Origin: Acidimicrobiales bacterium
GTDB taxonomy: Bacteria; Actinomycetota; Acidimicrobiia; Acidimicrobiales; JACCXE01
Direction: 5' to 3'
Length of the DNA stretch: 64,000 nt
NCBI GenBank assembly: GCA_035546775.1
Contig: DASZWD010000017.1
Location: forward strand, 30,564-94,563
Position numbers and translations under genes: made by a program. Below are positions 36,434 through 44,618 of this stretch, in pieces. Below the pieces are notes generated by a model. The model made no database searches and was not told the origin of the DNA. It was given only the letters and a program-made list of their open reading frames with translations. How positions within the stretch are numbered: the first letter of the stretch is position 1; each line of letters begins with the position of its first letter.

Positions 36434-37596
36434 CAGACGATCTCGAGGTTGTCGATCGAGCGCAGGCCCTGCGAGTAGCGCAGCGCCGTGCCTTCCTTGA
36501 TGGTGAAGTCCGGCACGACGGCCAGCCACTCTTCGAGCGCCACCCGCAGCTCCATGCGCGCCAGGTGCGCACCGAGGCAGCGGTGGTTGCCGCCGCCGAA
36601 GGCGAGGTGGCCCTTGGTGTCGCGACCGAAGTCGACCTCCTCGGCGCGGTCCCACTGGTTCTCGTCGGTGTTGAACGAACCGAGGATGACCGATACCTGC
36701 GTGTGCGCCGGGATGGGGCAACCGCCGAGTTCGGTGTCCTGCGACGTGATCCGGATGACGCCGGTCACCGGTGTCTCCCACCGCAGCATCTCTTCGATGG
36801 CGTGCGGGATGAGCGAGGGGTCTTGCACCAGTTGCTTGCGGTGCTCCGGGTGCTGGGCGAGGTAGCTGATGAAGCAGTCGAGCGACGACGTGACCGTATC
36901 GAGGCCCGCGATGAACATCAGGTACAGGATGTCCTCGACCTGATCGTGGGTGAGCTGCTCGCCGTCGACCTTGGCGTCGAGCAGCATCGAGATGATGTCG
37001 TCACGACGGTCGTTCTCGCGCTCGGCGATCGCTTCCTTGAGCATGGCGTAGATCTTCTGGCCGGTCTCGTTGACCATCTCGATGCGCTCTTCGTTGCTCT
37101 TGGCCGGTGGCCGCACGATGCCGTCCTTGAGCGCGATGAACTCCTTCGTGCGCGACACGGGCAGGCCGAGCAGCTGCAGGAACACCGTCGAGGGCAGCGG
37201 CTCGGCGATCGACTCGTGGAAGTTCGTGCCGCCCGAGTCCTTGACCTTGGCGATGAGTTCCTTGACGAGACGCCGCGTCTCGGGCTCGATGCGGGCAATC
37301 GTGTCGCGGCCGAAGATCGGGTCGATCAGGCGGCGGAAGTACTTGTGCTGCGGCGGGTCGATCTGGAGCGGGATCAGCGGGCGGACCTGGCCGATGTCGA
37401 CGGCGTCGACACCTGAGGAGTAGATCTCGGGATGCATCAGCACTTCCTTGACGTGCTCGGCGGTGCCGACCACGAACATCCCCATGTCCTCGACCATGTC
37501 GACGGGACCACCCATGGCGCGCAGGCCTTTGAACATCTCCTGCGGATGGGCGAGGGCCTCGAGATCCATGCCCTCCATATCGTCGAAGCTCATCAT
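36430..37596 (-). CDS. Cytochrome P450
   Basis: I-helix AGLDTV, EMLR (ExxR), FGGGNHRCLG heme motif. Confidence 0.96.
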   Translation of the reverse strand: MMSFDDMEGMDLEALAHPQEMFKGLRAMGGPVDMVEDMGMFVVGTAEHVKEVLMHPEIYSSGVDAVDIGQVRPLIPLQIDPPQHKYFRRLIDPIFGRDTIARIEPETRRLVKELIAKVKDSGGTNFHESIAEPLPSTVFLQLLGLPVSRTKEFIALKDGIVRPPAKSNEERIEMVNETGQKIYAMLKEAIAERENDRRDDIISMLLDAKVDGEQLTHDQVEDILYLMFIAGLDTVTSSLDCFISYLAQHPEHRKQLVQDPSLIPHAIEEMLRWETPVTGVIRITSQDTELGGCPIPAHTQVSVILGSFNTDENQWDRAEEVDFGRDTKGHLAFGGGNHRCLGAHLARMELRVALEEWLAVVPDFTIKEGTALRYSQGLRSIDNLEIVW

Positions 37597-37605
37597 TTGA
37601 CGGAA

Positions 37606-37621
37606 TCTAACAGTGGCGTCA
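37606..37621. promoter_or_regulatory. Putative operator TCTAAC-N6-GTCA (copy 5), upstream of the P450 operon
   Basis: TCTAACagtggcGTCA; overlaps a minus-strand TAGATT 7 nt before the P450 ATG. Confidence 0.75.
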
Positions 37622-37624
37622 GCT

Positions 37625-38542
37625 TTATGACGCCGCGTCGGGCGTCGCGGCGCGCACGGATGTCTTCTCGGCGTTGACCGTCGGCGGCGCCGTCTTCCAG
37701 TTGGGGATGCCGTCCTCCTCGAGCGCCGCGGGGTACTTGTTGTCGTGAATCTGCGCCCAGTGCGAGTGGTTGAGCTCGTGCAGCGTGAAGCACGAGTTCA
37801 AGGCGTTGTAGAACCCCTGGTTGTCGACCGTCTGGTTGACCGACTCCTTGATCATCAGCGCCGTCATCGTCGGCAGTGCGGCGATGCGACGGGCGAAGGC
37901 GAGCGTGTTGTCCTCGAGCTCGTCACGCTTGAACACCTTGCTGACCATGCCGAGACGGTGCGCCTCGTCGATGCTGATCGAGTCCCCGGTGAGGAGAAGT
38001 TCCTTGGCCTTGCGCGGCCCGAACTCCCACGGGTGGGCGAAGTATTCGAGGCCGCACATGCCCAGGCGCGTACCGACGACGTCGGCGAACACGACCTCTT
38101 CGGAACCGACGATGAGATCACACGCCCACAGCAGCATCAGGCCGGCAGCGAACACCGGACCGTGCGCCTGACCGATGGTGATCTTGCGCAGGTTGCGCCA
38201 CCGCAGCGTGTTCTGGAAGTAGTAGTGCCACTCCTGGAGGAACAGCTTCTCGGCGCCCTCGCGCGAGCCGCCGTTGGTGTGCGACGTCGGATGCGTCTGC
38301 CACTCCTCCGCGGCGACTTTCGAGCCCATGTCGTGACCGGCCGAGAACAGCGGGCCCATGCCGCCGAGGATCACGACGCGCACCTGGTCGTCGGCCTCGG
38401 CGCGCAGGAACGCCTGGTCGAGCTCGACGAGCATGCCCCGGTTCTGCGCGTTCCGCGCCTCCGGACGGTTGAGCATGATGCGGGCGATCGCGCCGTCGTC
38501 GAAGGTCTCGTAGGTGACGAAGTGGTACTCAGTTTCTGACAT
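37625..38542 (-). CDS. echA13: Enoyl-CoA hydratase, EchA13-like
   Basis: LNRPEARNAQ.RGMLVEL, QEWHYYF.NT.RWRNLRKITI, VVGTRLGMCG.EYFAHPWEFGPRK. These match mycobacterial EchA13 as I recall it. Confidence 0.85.
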   Translation of the reverse strand: MSETEYHFVTYETFDDGAIARIMLNRPEARNAQNRGMLVELDQAFLRAEADDQVRVVILGGMGPLFSAGHDMGSKVAAEEWQTHPTSHTNGGSREGAEKLFLQEWHYYFQNTLRWRNLRKITIGQAHGPVFAAGLMLLWACDLIVGSEEVVFADVVGTRLGMCGLEYFAHPWEFGPRKAKELLLTGDSISIDEAHRLGMVSKVFKRDELEDNTLAFARRIAALPTMTALMIKESVNQTVDNQGFYNALNSCFTLHELNHSHWAQIHDNKYPAALEEDGIPNWKTAPPTVNAEKTSVRAATPDAAS

Positions 38543-38547
38543 AGGCG

Positions 38548-39288
38548 TCACGTTATTCCGACGGCGTCGACGAGGCCCCAGGCGAGGGCGGTTTGGGCGT
38601 CGATGGGTTGACGGGAGAGGCCGAGTCGGAGCATGCGCTCGACGCCGATCCGGGCCGTCATCGAAACGGTGCCGCCGGCACCCGGGATGAGACCGAGGCC
38701 GATCTCGGGCAGGGCGATCGTGGTGTCGGGGGCGGCGATCACCCGCGACGCGAACGCCGGCAACTCGATGCCGCTGCCGTAACACGCCCCGTGGATGTGG
38801 AAGGTGACGCGGTCGGCGATCGCGGCGATCGCGGCGCCGATGCTCGTCTGCAACCGGATGACGTGCGCCTCTTCGGGCGAAGGGAACGAACCGAACTCGT
38901 CGAGGTCGCCCCCGGCGCAGAACGACGGGCCGTTGCCGCGAACAATCACGCGCAACGACGCATCGGCGTGGGCGACGGCGAACGCGTCGAGCAGCCCGTC
39001 GCGCACTTCGATGCCAAGGGCATTGCGCCGTTCCGGCCGGTTCAGCGTGACGCGCAACTCGTCACCGACGCGTTCGATCAACACCGCCGGTTCGGGGTTC
39101 GGTTGCCTCGGCTTGATCGGTGTCGCAGCGCGCCACGCCGCGAACTCCGGGCCCGCCTGGAGCGACGAGTACACGCGCGACTCGTCTTCGAGGCTCGAGC
39201 CGCGCATCAAAAGGTCCTCGTAGGCCGCACACGCCCGCGGCCAGCGCCGGCGGGATTCGGCGATGGCGTCGTCTACGGTCACAGGCAC
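38548..39288 (-). CDS. Enoyl-CoA hydratase/isomerase family protein (start uncertain)
   Basis: LNRPERRNAL, FCAGGDL, GACYGSGIEL, LPEIGLGLIPGAGGT. Confidence 0.85.
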   Translation of the reverse strand: MPVTVDDAIAESRRRWPRACAAYEDLLMRGSSLEDESRVYSSLQAGPEFAAWRAATPIKPRQPNPEPAVLIERVGDELRVTLNRPERRNALGIEVRDGLLDAFAVAHADASLRVIVRGNGPSFCAGGDLDEFGSFPSPEEAHVIRLQTSIGAAIAAIADRVTFHIHGACYGSGIELPAFASRVIAAPDTTIALPEIGLGLIPGAGGTVSMTARIGVERMLRLGLSRQPIDAQTALAWGLVDAVGIT

Positions 39289-39289
39289 A

Positions 39290-40105
39290 TTGAACAGCAG
39301 GTTGTTACGCAGCGCCGATGGCTGGGTCGCCGTGACGCTGCCGCGCCCGTCGGACCGAGAGCTGTTGCCGGCGTGGATCGGATGCGGCGAAGACGGCCTC
39401 GCCCACGCCGTCGCCCAGCGCACCGGGGCCGAACTCGTCGCCGGCGCCGAACTCCTCGGCCTCGCGGTGGCCGCCCTCGGCGAGTACACCGGCCCTTCTG
39501 TGAAGGCTTTTCCGTGTGCTGCACGGAAAAGCCTTCACAGAAGCGGCGTGGTGCGGGTGTTGGACCTGTCGTCGCTGTGGGCGGGGCCGTTGGCGGCGCA
39601 TCTGTTGGCGGCCGACGGGGCGATCGTGACGAAGGCCGAGTCGGTCCAGCGGCCCGACAACCTAAAGCTCGGCCGGCCGGACCTCTACGCCGAACTCAAC
39701 GACAACAAGACGCTCGTCACCTTCGACTGGGACGACCCCGACGCGTTGCCGGCACTCATCGCCGCGGCTGACGTCGTCGTGGAATCGGCGCGGCCCCGGG
39801 CGCTCGCCCACCGCGGCATCCAGCCGGAAACCAGCGGCGTGCACGTGTGGGCGTCGATCACCGGCTACGGCCGGGCGTCGAACCGCGTGGCGTTCGGCGA
39901 CGACGCCGCGGTGGCCGGCGGTCTCGTGCGCTACGCGCCCGACGGGACGCCGCGCTTCAAGGGCGACGCCATCGCCGATCCGCTGACGGGACGTGCGGCC
40001 TACGCAGCGATCACCGACGCGCTGAGCGGCGACGACGCCGTGTTGCTCGACATCGCCATGGCGGGAGTCGCCCGCGACGCTGCTACGCGGCTGACCGCAG
40101 GCTGA
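39290..40105 (+). CDS. Family III CoA-transferase-like protein containing an in-frame palindromic repeat (start uncertain)
   Basis: LLRSADGWVAVT N-domain; VRVLDLSSLWAGPL, ADVVVESARPRAL, GDAIADPLTG. Confidence 0.78.
   Translation: MNSRLLRSADGWVAVTLPRPSDRELLPAWIGCGEDGLAHAVAQRTGAELVAGAELLGLAVAALGEYTGPSVKAFPCAARKSLHRSGVVRVLDLSSLWAGPLAAHLLAADGAIVTKAESVQRPDNLKLGRPDLYAELNDNKTLVTFDWDDPDALPALIAAADVVVESARPRALAHRGIQPETSGVHVWASITGYGRASNRVAFGDDAAVAGGLVRYAPDGTPRFKGDAIADPLTGRAAYAAITDALSGDDAVLLDIAMAGVARDAATRLTAG
39495..39543. repeat. 47-nt REP-like palindrome (copy B) inside a coding sequence
   Basis: Perfect 22-bp inverted repeat CTTCTGTGAAGGCTTTTCCGTG-tgctg-CACGGAAAAGCCTTCACAGAAG; 41/47 identical to copy A. 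Confidence 0.88.
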
Positions 40106-40613
40106 GCCGGGCGCCGAGCGACGCGCCGAAGGCGCGCGCCCGGTCGAGTTCGCCGTCGGCCAACTCGGCGTGCTTCGTCACGAAGAAGCTCGTCGGTTCA
40201 CCGATCACGGTCGCGCCGGCGCGCCGCAGACGACGGGCGATGCCCTTGCTGGCGCGTCCGGTGAAGATCGAGGGCGCGTGCATACGCGTGTCGAAGGCGG
40301 CAGCGGTGCGACCCGTCAGATCGACGCTTTCGAGCCACTCACGCACACCCGTGGTCAGGTCGGCGTGGTCGTCCATGTGGCCTTCGGCCTGGCCGAGGCG
40401 AATACGGTCCTCGGCCGACTTGCGCGTCGACGCGCGACTCATACCGTGCGCGTGTGTGGGACCGCCGACGACGAGAAAGTCGGCGGCGAGATCGTCGTCG
40501 GTAACAAACGCGACCGCGCACGTGGTGGCGTTGTCACCAAATCCCTCGGCGATCGCCTCGGCGATCTGACGCGTGTTTCCGTACATGGATTCGTAGATGA
40601 CAACGGCTCGCAT
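40083..40613 (-). CDS. Flavodoxin-domain protein
   Basis: MRAVVIYESMYGNT, VVGGPTHAHGM, AAFDTR, SFFV. Confidence 0.9.
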   Translation of the reverse strand: MRAVVIYESMYGNTRQIAEAIAEGFGDNATTCAVAFVTDDDLAADFLVVGGPTHAHGMSRASTRKSAEDRIRLGQAEGHMDDHADLTTGVREWLESVDLTGRTAAAFDTRMHAPSIFTGRASKGIARRLRRAGATVIGEPTSFFVTKHAELADGELDRARAFGASLGARLSLRSAA

Positions 40614-40646
40614 AGCTGCATCGTCGGGGTCCACCGCCGCTTTCCG

Positions 40647-40666
40647 TTAGGGGCGAGGGTCCCAAT
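40647..40666. promoter_or_regulatory. DosR/DevR-like box
   Basis: TTAGGGGCGAGGGTCCCAAT versus consensus TTSGGGACTWWAGTCCCSAA; about 34 nt upstream of the flavodoxin gene. Confidence 0.4.
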
Positions 40667-40721
40667 CCGGGTGGCCGTTCGGCGGGAGTTGCGCCCGCCG
40701 ACGCGGGAGTAGCCTGGCGGC

Positions 40722-41570
40722 ATGGAGTACGTCCGTTGGGACAGTCGCCCGAAACTGCGTCGCCCGGTGATGGTCGCAGCCTTCGAAGGTTGGAACGATG
40801 CCGCCGAATCGGCGTCGAGCGCCGTGGATTACTTGGGCAACACCTGGGACGAGCGAGTCTTCGCCAGCATCGACCCTGAGGAGTTCTACGACTTCACCGT
40901 CGTTCGGCCTCAGGTGCGCCTGATCGACGGCGTCACCCGCGAGATCGACTGGCGCACGACGCGCTTCGCCGCCACCGCCCCGCCCAACGCCGACGGCGAC
41001 GTCGTGCTGGTGCACGGCATCGAACCCAACAACCGCTGGCGCACGTTCTGCGACGACGTCGTCGACATCGCCCGTGAGCTCGACATCGAACTCGTGCTCA
41101 CGCTCGGGGCGTTGGCGGCCGAGGTGCCCCACACCCGGGACGTGCAGGTGACCGGCACCGGATCGGATCCGGATTTGATCGAGGAACTCGGACTCCGGCG
41201 GTCGCGTTACGAAGGCCCCACGGGAATCGTCGGTGTGCTCCACACGCGCTTCGCCGAAGCCGGTATCAAGTCGGCGTCGCTGTGGGCGGCGGTGCCGCAC
41301 TACGTCAGCCAGCAGCCCTCGCCCAAGGCGACCCTCGCACTGGCCCGCCGAGCCGCCGACATCGTCGGCGCCAGCCTCGAGACCACCGATCTCGAAATCG
41401 CCGCCGCGTCCTACGAGCGCCAAGTCGACGACATGATCGAAGCCGACGAGGACATCGCCAACTACGTCCACGGCCTCGAGCGCGTCATCGACAACGGCGA
41501 GACGATGGACGACCCGGACCGCTTCGACATCGCGGCCCAGGCCGAACGCTTCCTGCGCGAACAGAACTAG
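40722..41570 (+). CDS. PAC2-family (proteasome assembly chaperone-like) protein
   Basis: AFEGWNDAAESAS, IDPEEFYDF...RPQV, GIEPN..WR, YEGPTGIVGVL, LWAAVPHY. Confidence 0.9.
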   Translation: MEYVRWDSRPKLRRPVMVAAFEGWNDAAESASSAVDYLGNTWDERVFASIDPEEFYDFTVVRPQVRLIDGVTREIDWRTTRFAATAPPNADGDVVLVHGIEPNNRWRTFCDDVVDIARELDIELVLTLGALAAEVPHTRDVQVTGTGSDPDLIEELGLRRSRYEGPTGIVGVLHTRFAEAGIKSASLWAAVPHYVSQQPSPKATLALARRAADIVGASLETTDLEIAAASYERQVDDMIEADEDIANYVHGLERVIDNGETMDDPDRFDIAAQAERFLREQN

Positions 41571-42967
41571 TCGGCGTAACCGGGCGCGTGCGGCGGCCAC
41601 GGCCGCGCCTGCTCGAACAAACGACCGAGACGCAGCGCCACCTCGTCGTGATGACGCCGAGCGATCACTTGCACGCCGACCGGAAGGCCTTCTGCGGTCG
41701 TGCCTGCCGGCAATGAGATCGCCGGGTTCCACCCGATGTTGGCCGGGAAGCAGAACGGCGTCGCGTACGCCGGGCCGAGCTCGCGCCCTGCGATCACCGA
41801 TGGCGGAGGACCGGCAGCGGGGAACGCGGGCACGGCGGTCGTCGGGCAGATCAGCACGTCGTAACGCTCGAACACCTCCGCCCACGCCGCTTCGAACTGG
41901 TGGCGGAAACGGAACCGCTTGGCGATCTGGGGCGCGGTGCGGTTCTCCCCCGATTCGAAGTCCCGGCGCACGAAGCCGACCATCTGCGGCGCCACGTCGG
42001 GCCACATGCCGTCGTCGAGGTTGAGGTACTGGTCGACGGTGCCGGCGCTGAGCCACGTGCGGATCGGCTCCGGCAGGTCCACGTCCGCGCAGGCAAACGG
42101 TGCGCCGACGGCGGCGAAGATATCGCCCGCCGCCGCCTCGACTATCTCGGCCACCTCGGGGTCGGCGACGGCGTAGCCAAGGTCGACAGAGAAGCCGAGG
42201 CGCAGGCCGCGCACGTCGAGCGACTCGATGGCGTCCTCGTAACGCACCGTCGGCGGCGGCAGCGTCGTGCGGTCGACGTCGGCGGGACCGGCGGTGACGT
42301 CGAGGTGCCGCGCTGCGTCGCGCACCGTCGTGACTTCGACGCCGTACACCGACGTTTGCGACACCGCCGGGAACGGATGCGGGATGCGACCGAAGCTCGG
42401 CTTCATCCCCACCAGTCCGGAGAACGCCGCCGGGATGCGAATCGAACCACCACCGTCACTCGCCGTCGCCATCGGGACGAGTCCGGCGGCGACCGCGGCG
42501 GCCGATCCACCGCTCGATCCGCCGGGCGTGCGCTCCAGGTTCCACGGGTTACGCGTCGTGCCGAACGCTCTGCTGTGGGTGAAGGCGACCGTGCCGAATT
42601 CAGGCGCCGCCGTCTTGCCGATGACCACGGCGCCGGCGGCGCGCAGGCGCGCCAGATGGATCGAATCTGCGGTCTGCGGCGCGCTGTCCTTGAAGATCAG
42701 CGAGCCGTGCGAGGTCGGCAGCCCCGCCGCGTCCTCGAGATCCTTCACTCCGATCGGCACACCGGCGAACGGCCCCGGATCGCGCCCCGCGGCGACGGCG
42801 TCGTCGACTGCGGCCGCTGCCGCGCGCGCCGCGTCGGGGTCGAGTACGACGAACGCATTGAGGGCGTCGTTGTATTGGGCGACGCGGGACAAGCACTCGT
42901 CGAGGATTTCGCTTGCCTTGAGCGCTCCGGACCGAACTGCGTCGGCTACCTCAGTCGCACTGCGCAT
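41567..42967 (-). CDS. Amidase signature family protein
   Basis: GVPIGVKD, GKTAAPEF, PGGSSGGSAAAVAAG, SDGGGSIRIPA. Confidence 0.94.
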   Translation of the reverse strand: MRSATEVADAVRSGALKASEILDECLSRVAQYNDALNAFVVLDPDAARAAAAAVDDAVAAGRDPGPFAGVPIGVKDLEDAAGLPTSHGSLIFKDSAPQTADSIHLARLRAAGAVVIGKTAAPEFGTVAFTHSRAFGTTRNPWNLERTPGGSSGGSAAAVAAGLVPMATASDGGGSIRIPAAFSGLVGMKPSFGRIPHPFPAVSQTSVYGVEVTTVRDAARHLDVTAGPADVDRTTLPPPTVRYEDAIESLDVRGLRLGFSVDLGYAVADPEVAEIVEAAAGDIFAAVGAPFACADVDLPEPIRTWLSAGTVDQYLNLDDGMWPDVAPQMVGFVRRDFESGENRTAPQIAKRFRFRHQFEAAWAEVFERYDVLICPTTAVPAFPAAGPPPSVIAGRELGPAYATPFCFPANIGWNPAISLPAGTTAEGLPVGVQVIARRHHDEVALRLGRLFEQARPWPPHAPGYAD

Positions 42968-42974
42968 TCGTCAC

Positions 42975-43754
42975 CTACCTGTTCGAGGGGACCCAACGAA
43001 AACGGCGGGCCGAGATCACCAGGCTGACCACGCCCCACGCCGTGAGCACCAGCAGGTCGCGGCCGGCCAAGCGCGAGCCGTGGTTGCCGGGATCGAAGAC
43101 CGTGAAGAGCGCGTCCACGAGATGCTTGATCGGGAATAGCTCGGCGATGTGAGTCATCCACTGCGGGATCGTGCCGCGGGGGAAGAACACGCCGGAGATG
43201 AAGTTCAGCGGCAACGTGAGCGCGTTGGCCACCGCCGCCGCCGCCTGCTCGCTGGCAATGACGAGCGTCATCAGAAAACCTACGCAGCAGAAGCACGCAA
43301 TGCCGACGGCGAGCGTGACCAGCAAGGCCGGCCACGCGGACGGCGGCAAGTGGACGTTGTAGGCGACGCGACCGAGCAGCAACACGGTGCCGGCGATCAG
43401 CGTCACGGTGATGACCTGGGTGACGACTCGCGCCGCGAGAAAGACCCACGGCGGCAGCGGCGTGGCCCGCAACCGCTTGAGCGTCCCCCGCTCGCGTGCC
43501 GTCGCCACCGACACCGCCAGGTTGACGGCGGTGGCCGACACGACGGCCAGCGCCATGATCGACGGGACGTAGTACGTGGCGCCCGACACGCGCCGGCCAC
43601 CACCGATCGGCTGCGCCTGGTTGCCGAAAACACCGACGATCAGGACGAGGAACATCAGCGGTAGGAACGCAGTGAAGAAAACCGCGGTCGGTTCGCGGAC
43701 GTAACTGCGGTAGTCGTAGCGGAACTGATGGGCGACGAGCCCGAGGCGTTTCAC
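42975..43754 (-). CDS. ABC-2 type exporter permease
   Basis: RERGTLKRLRATPLP, FISGVFFP; six hydrophobic segments. Confidence 0.9.
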   Translation of the reverse strand: MKRLGLVAHQFRYDYRSYVREPTAVFFTAFLPLMFLVLIVGVFGNQAQPIGGGRRVSGATYYVPSIMALAVVSATAVNLAVSVATARERGTLKRLRATPLPPWVFLAARVVTQVITVTLIAGTVLLLGRVAYNVHLPPSAWPALLVTLAVGIACFCCVGFLMTLVIASEQAAAAVANALTLPLNFISGVFFPRGTIPQWMTHIAELFPIKHLVDALFTVFDPGNHGSRLAGRDLLVLTAWGVVSLVISARRFRWVPSNR

Positions 43755-44608
43755 GGATCCGCTACCAGATCGAGGTACACGTCCTCGAGCGACGGGCGCG
43801 TCACTTCGAGCTCGGTGATCGTCTGCTTCGCCCGCTTGGTGCGCGTGAACAGACGTTGCAGATCAGCCACGACGTCGTCGCTGTGGGCGACGTGGGTCTC
43901 TGCGTCCCCCGCGATCCGGTAGGTGATGCGCGATTGGGCGGTGTTGCGGCCCGCCAGCGTCGCCGGCGTGCCCTCGGCGACGATGCGGCCGCCGGCGATG
44001 ACAGCGACGCGGTCGGCTAGCACCTCGGCCTCTTCGAGGTAGTGCGTCGTCAGGAAGACGGTGAGGCCTTCGGCCTTGAGGCCTTCGAGGACGGCCCACG
44101 CCTCGCGTCGCGCCGTCGGGTCGAAGCCCGTCGTCGGCTCGTCGAGGAACACGACTTCGGGCCGGCCGACGAGGGCGAGCCCGACGTCGAGTCGCCGCTG
44201 CTGGCCGCCGGACAGCTTGCCGGCGCGGACCCCGGCGGCGTCGTCGAGTCCGACGAGGCGGATCACCTCGTCCACGGGTCGCGGCCGGGGGTAGAACCCG
44301 GCGTACTGGGCGATCGACTCGCGCACGGTCAGCAATGGTTCGGGCCGCGACTCCTGCAACACGACACCGATCCGGGCGCGCCAGTCGAGCCCACCGCGGT
44401 CGGGGTCGACGCCGAGCACCGACACGCGGCCGTCGTCACGGTGGCGGAAACCTTCGAAGATCTCGACCGAGGTCGTCTTGCCCGCACCGTTGGGCCCCAG
44501 GAAGGCGAACACCTCGCCCCGTTTGACGTGCAGGTCGATGCCCTTGACTGCTTCGAACGCGCCGTAGCGTTTGCACAGCCCCTCGACCTCGATGACCGCC
44601 TCGCCCAC
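43751..44608 (-). CDS. ABC exporter ATP-binding protein
   Basis: GPNGAGKT, LSGGQ, FLDEPTTG, TTHY. GTG 44608 lies 7 nt after TAGCTT. Confidence 0.93.
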   Translation of the reverse strand: MGEAVIEVEGLCKRYGAFEAVKGIDLHVKRGEVFAFLGPNGAGKTTSVEIFEGFRHRDDGRVSVLGVDPDRGGLDWRARIGVVLQESRPEPLLTVRESIAQYAGFYPRPRPVDEVIRLVGLDDAAGVRAGKLSGGQQRRLDVGLALVGRPEVVFLDEPTTGFDPTARREAWAVLEGLKAEGLTVFLTTHYLEEAEVLADRVAVIAGGRIVAEGTPATLAGRNTAQSRITYRIAGDAETHVAHSDDVVADLQRLFTRTKRAKQTITELEVTRPSLEDVYLDLVADP

Positions 44609-44618
44609 GCCGCGCAAG

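Noticed and set aside
1-40105. KstR or KstR2 boxes in steroid-like gene promoters
   Set aside because: No TnnAACnnGTTnnA or AnCAAGnnCTTGnT was found in the intergenic regions read, so a cholesterol regulon is not supported directly.
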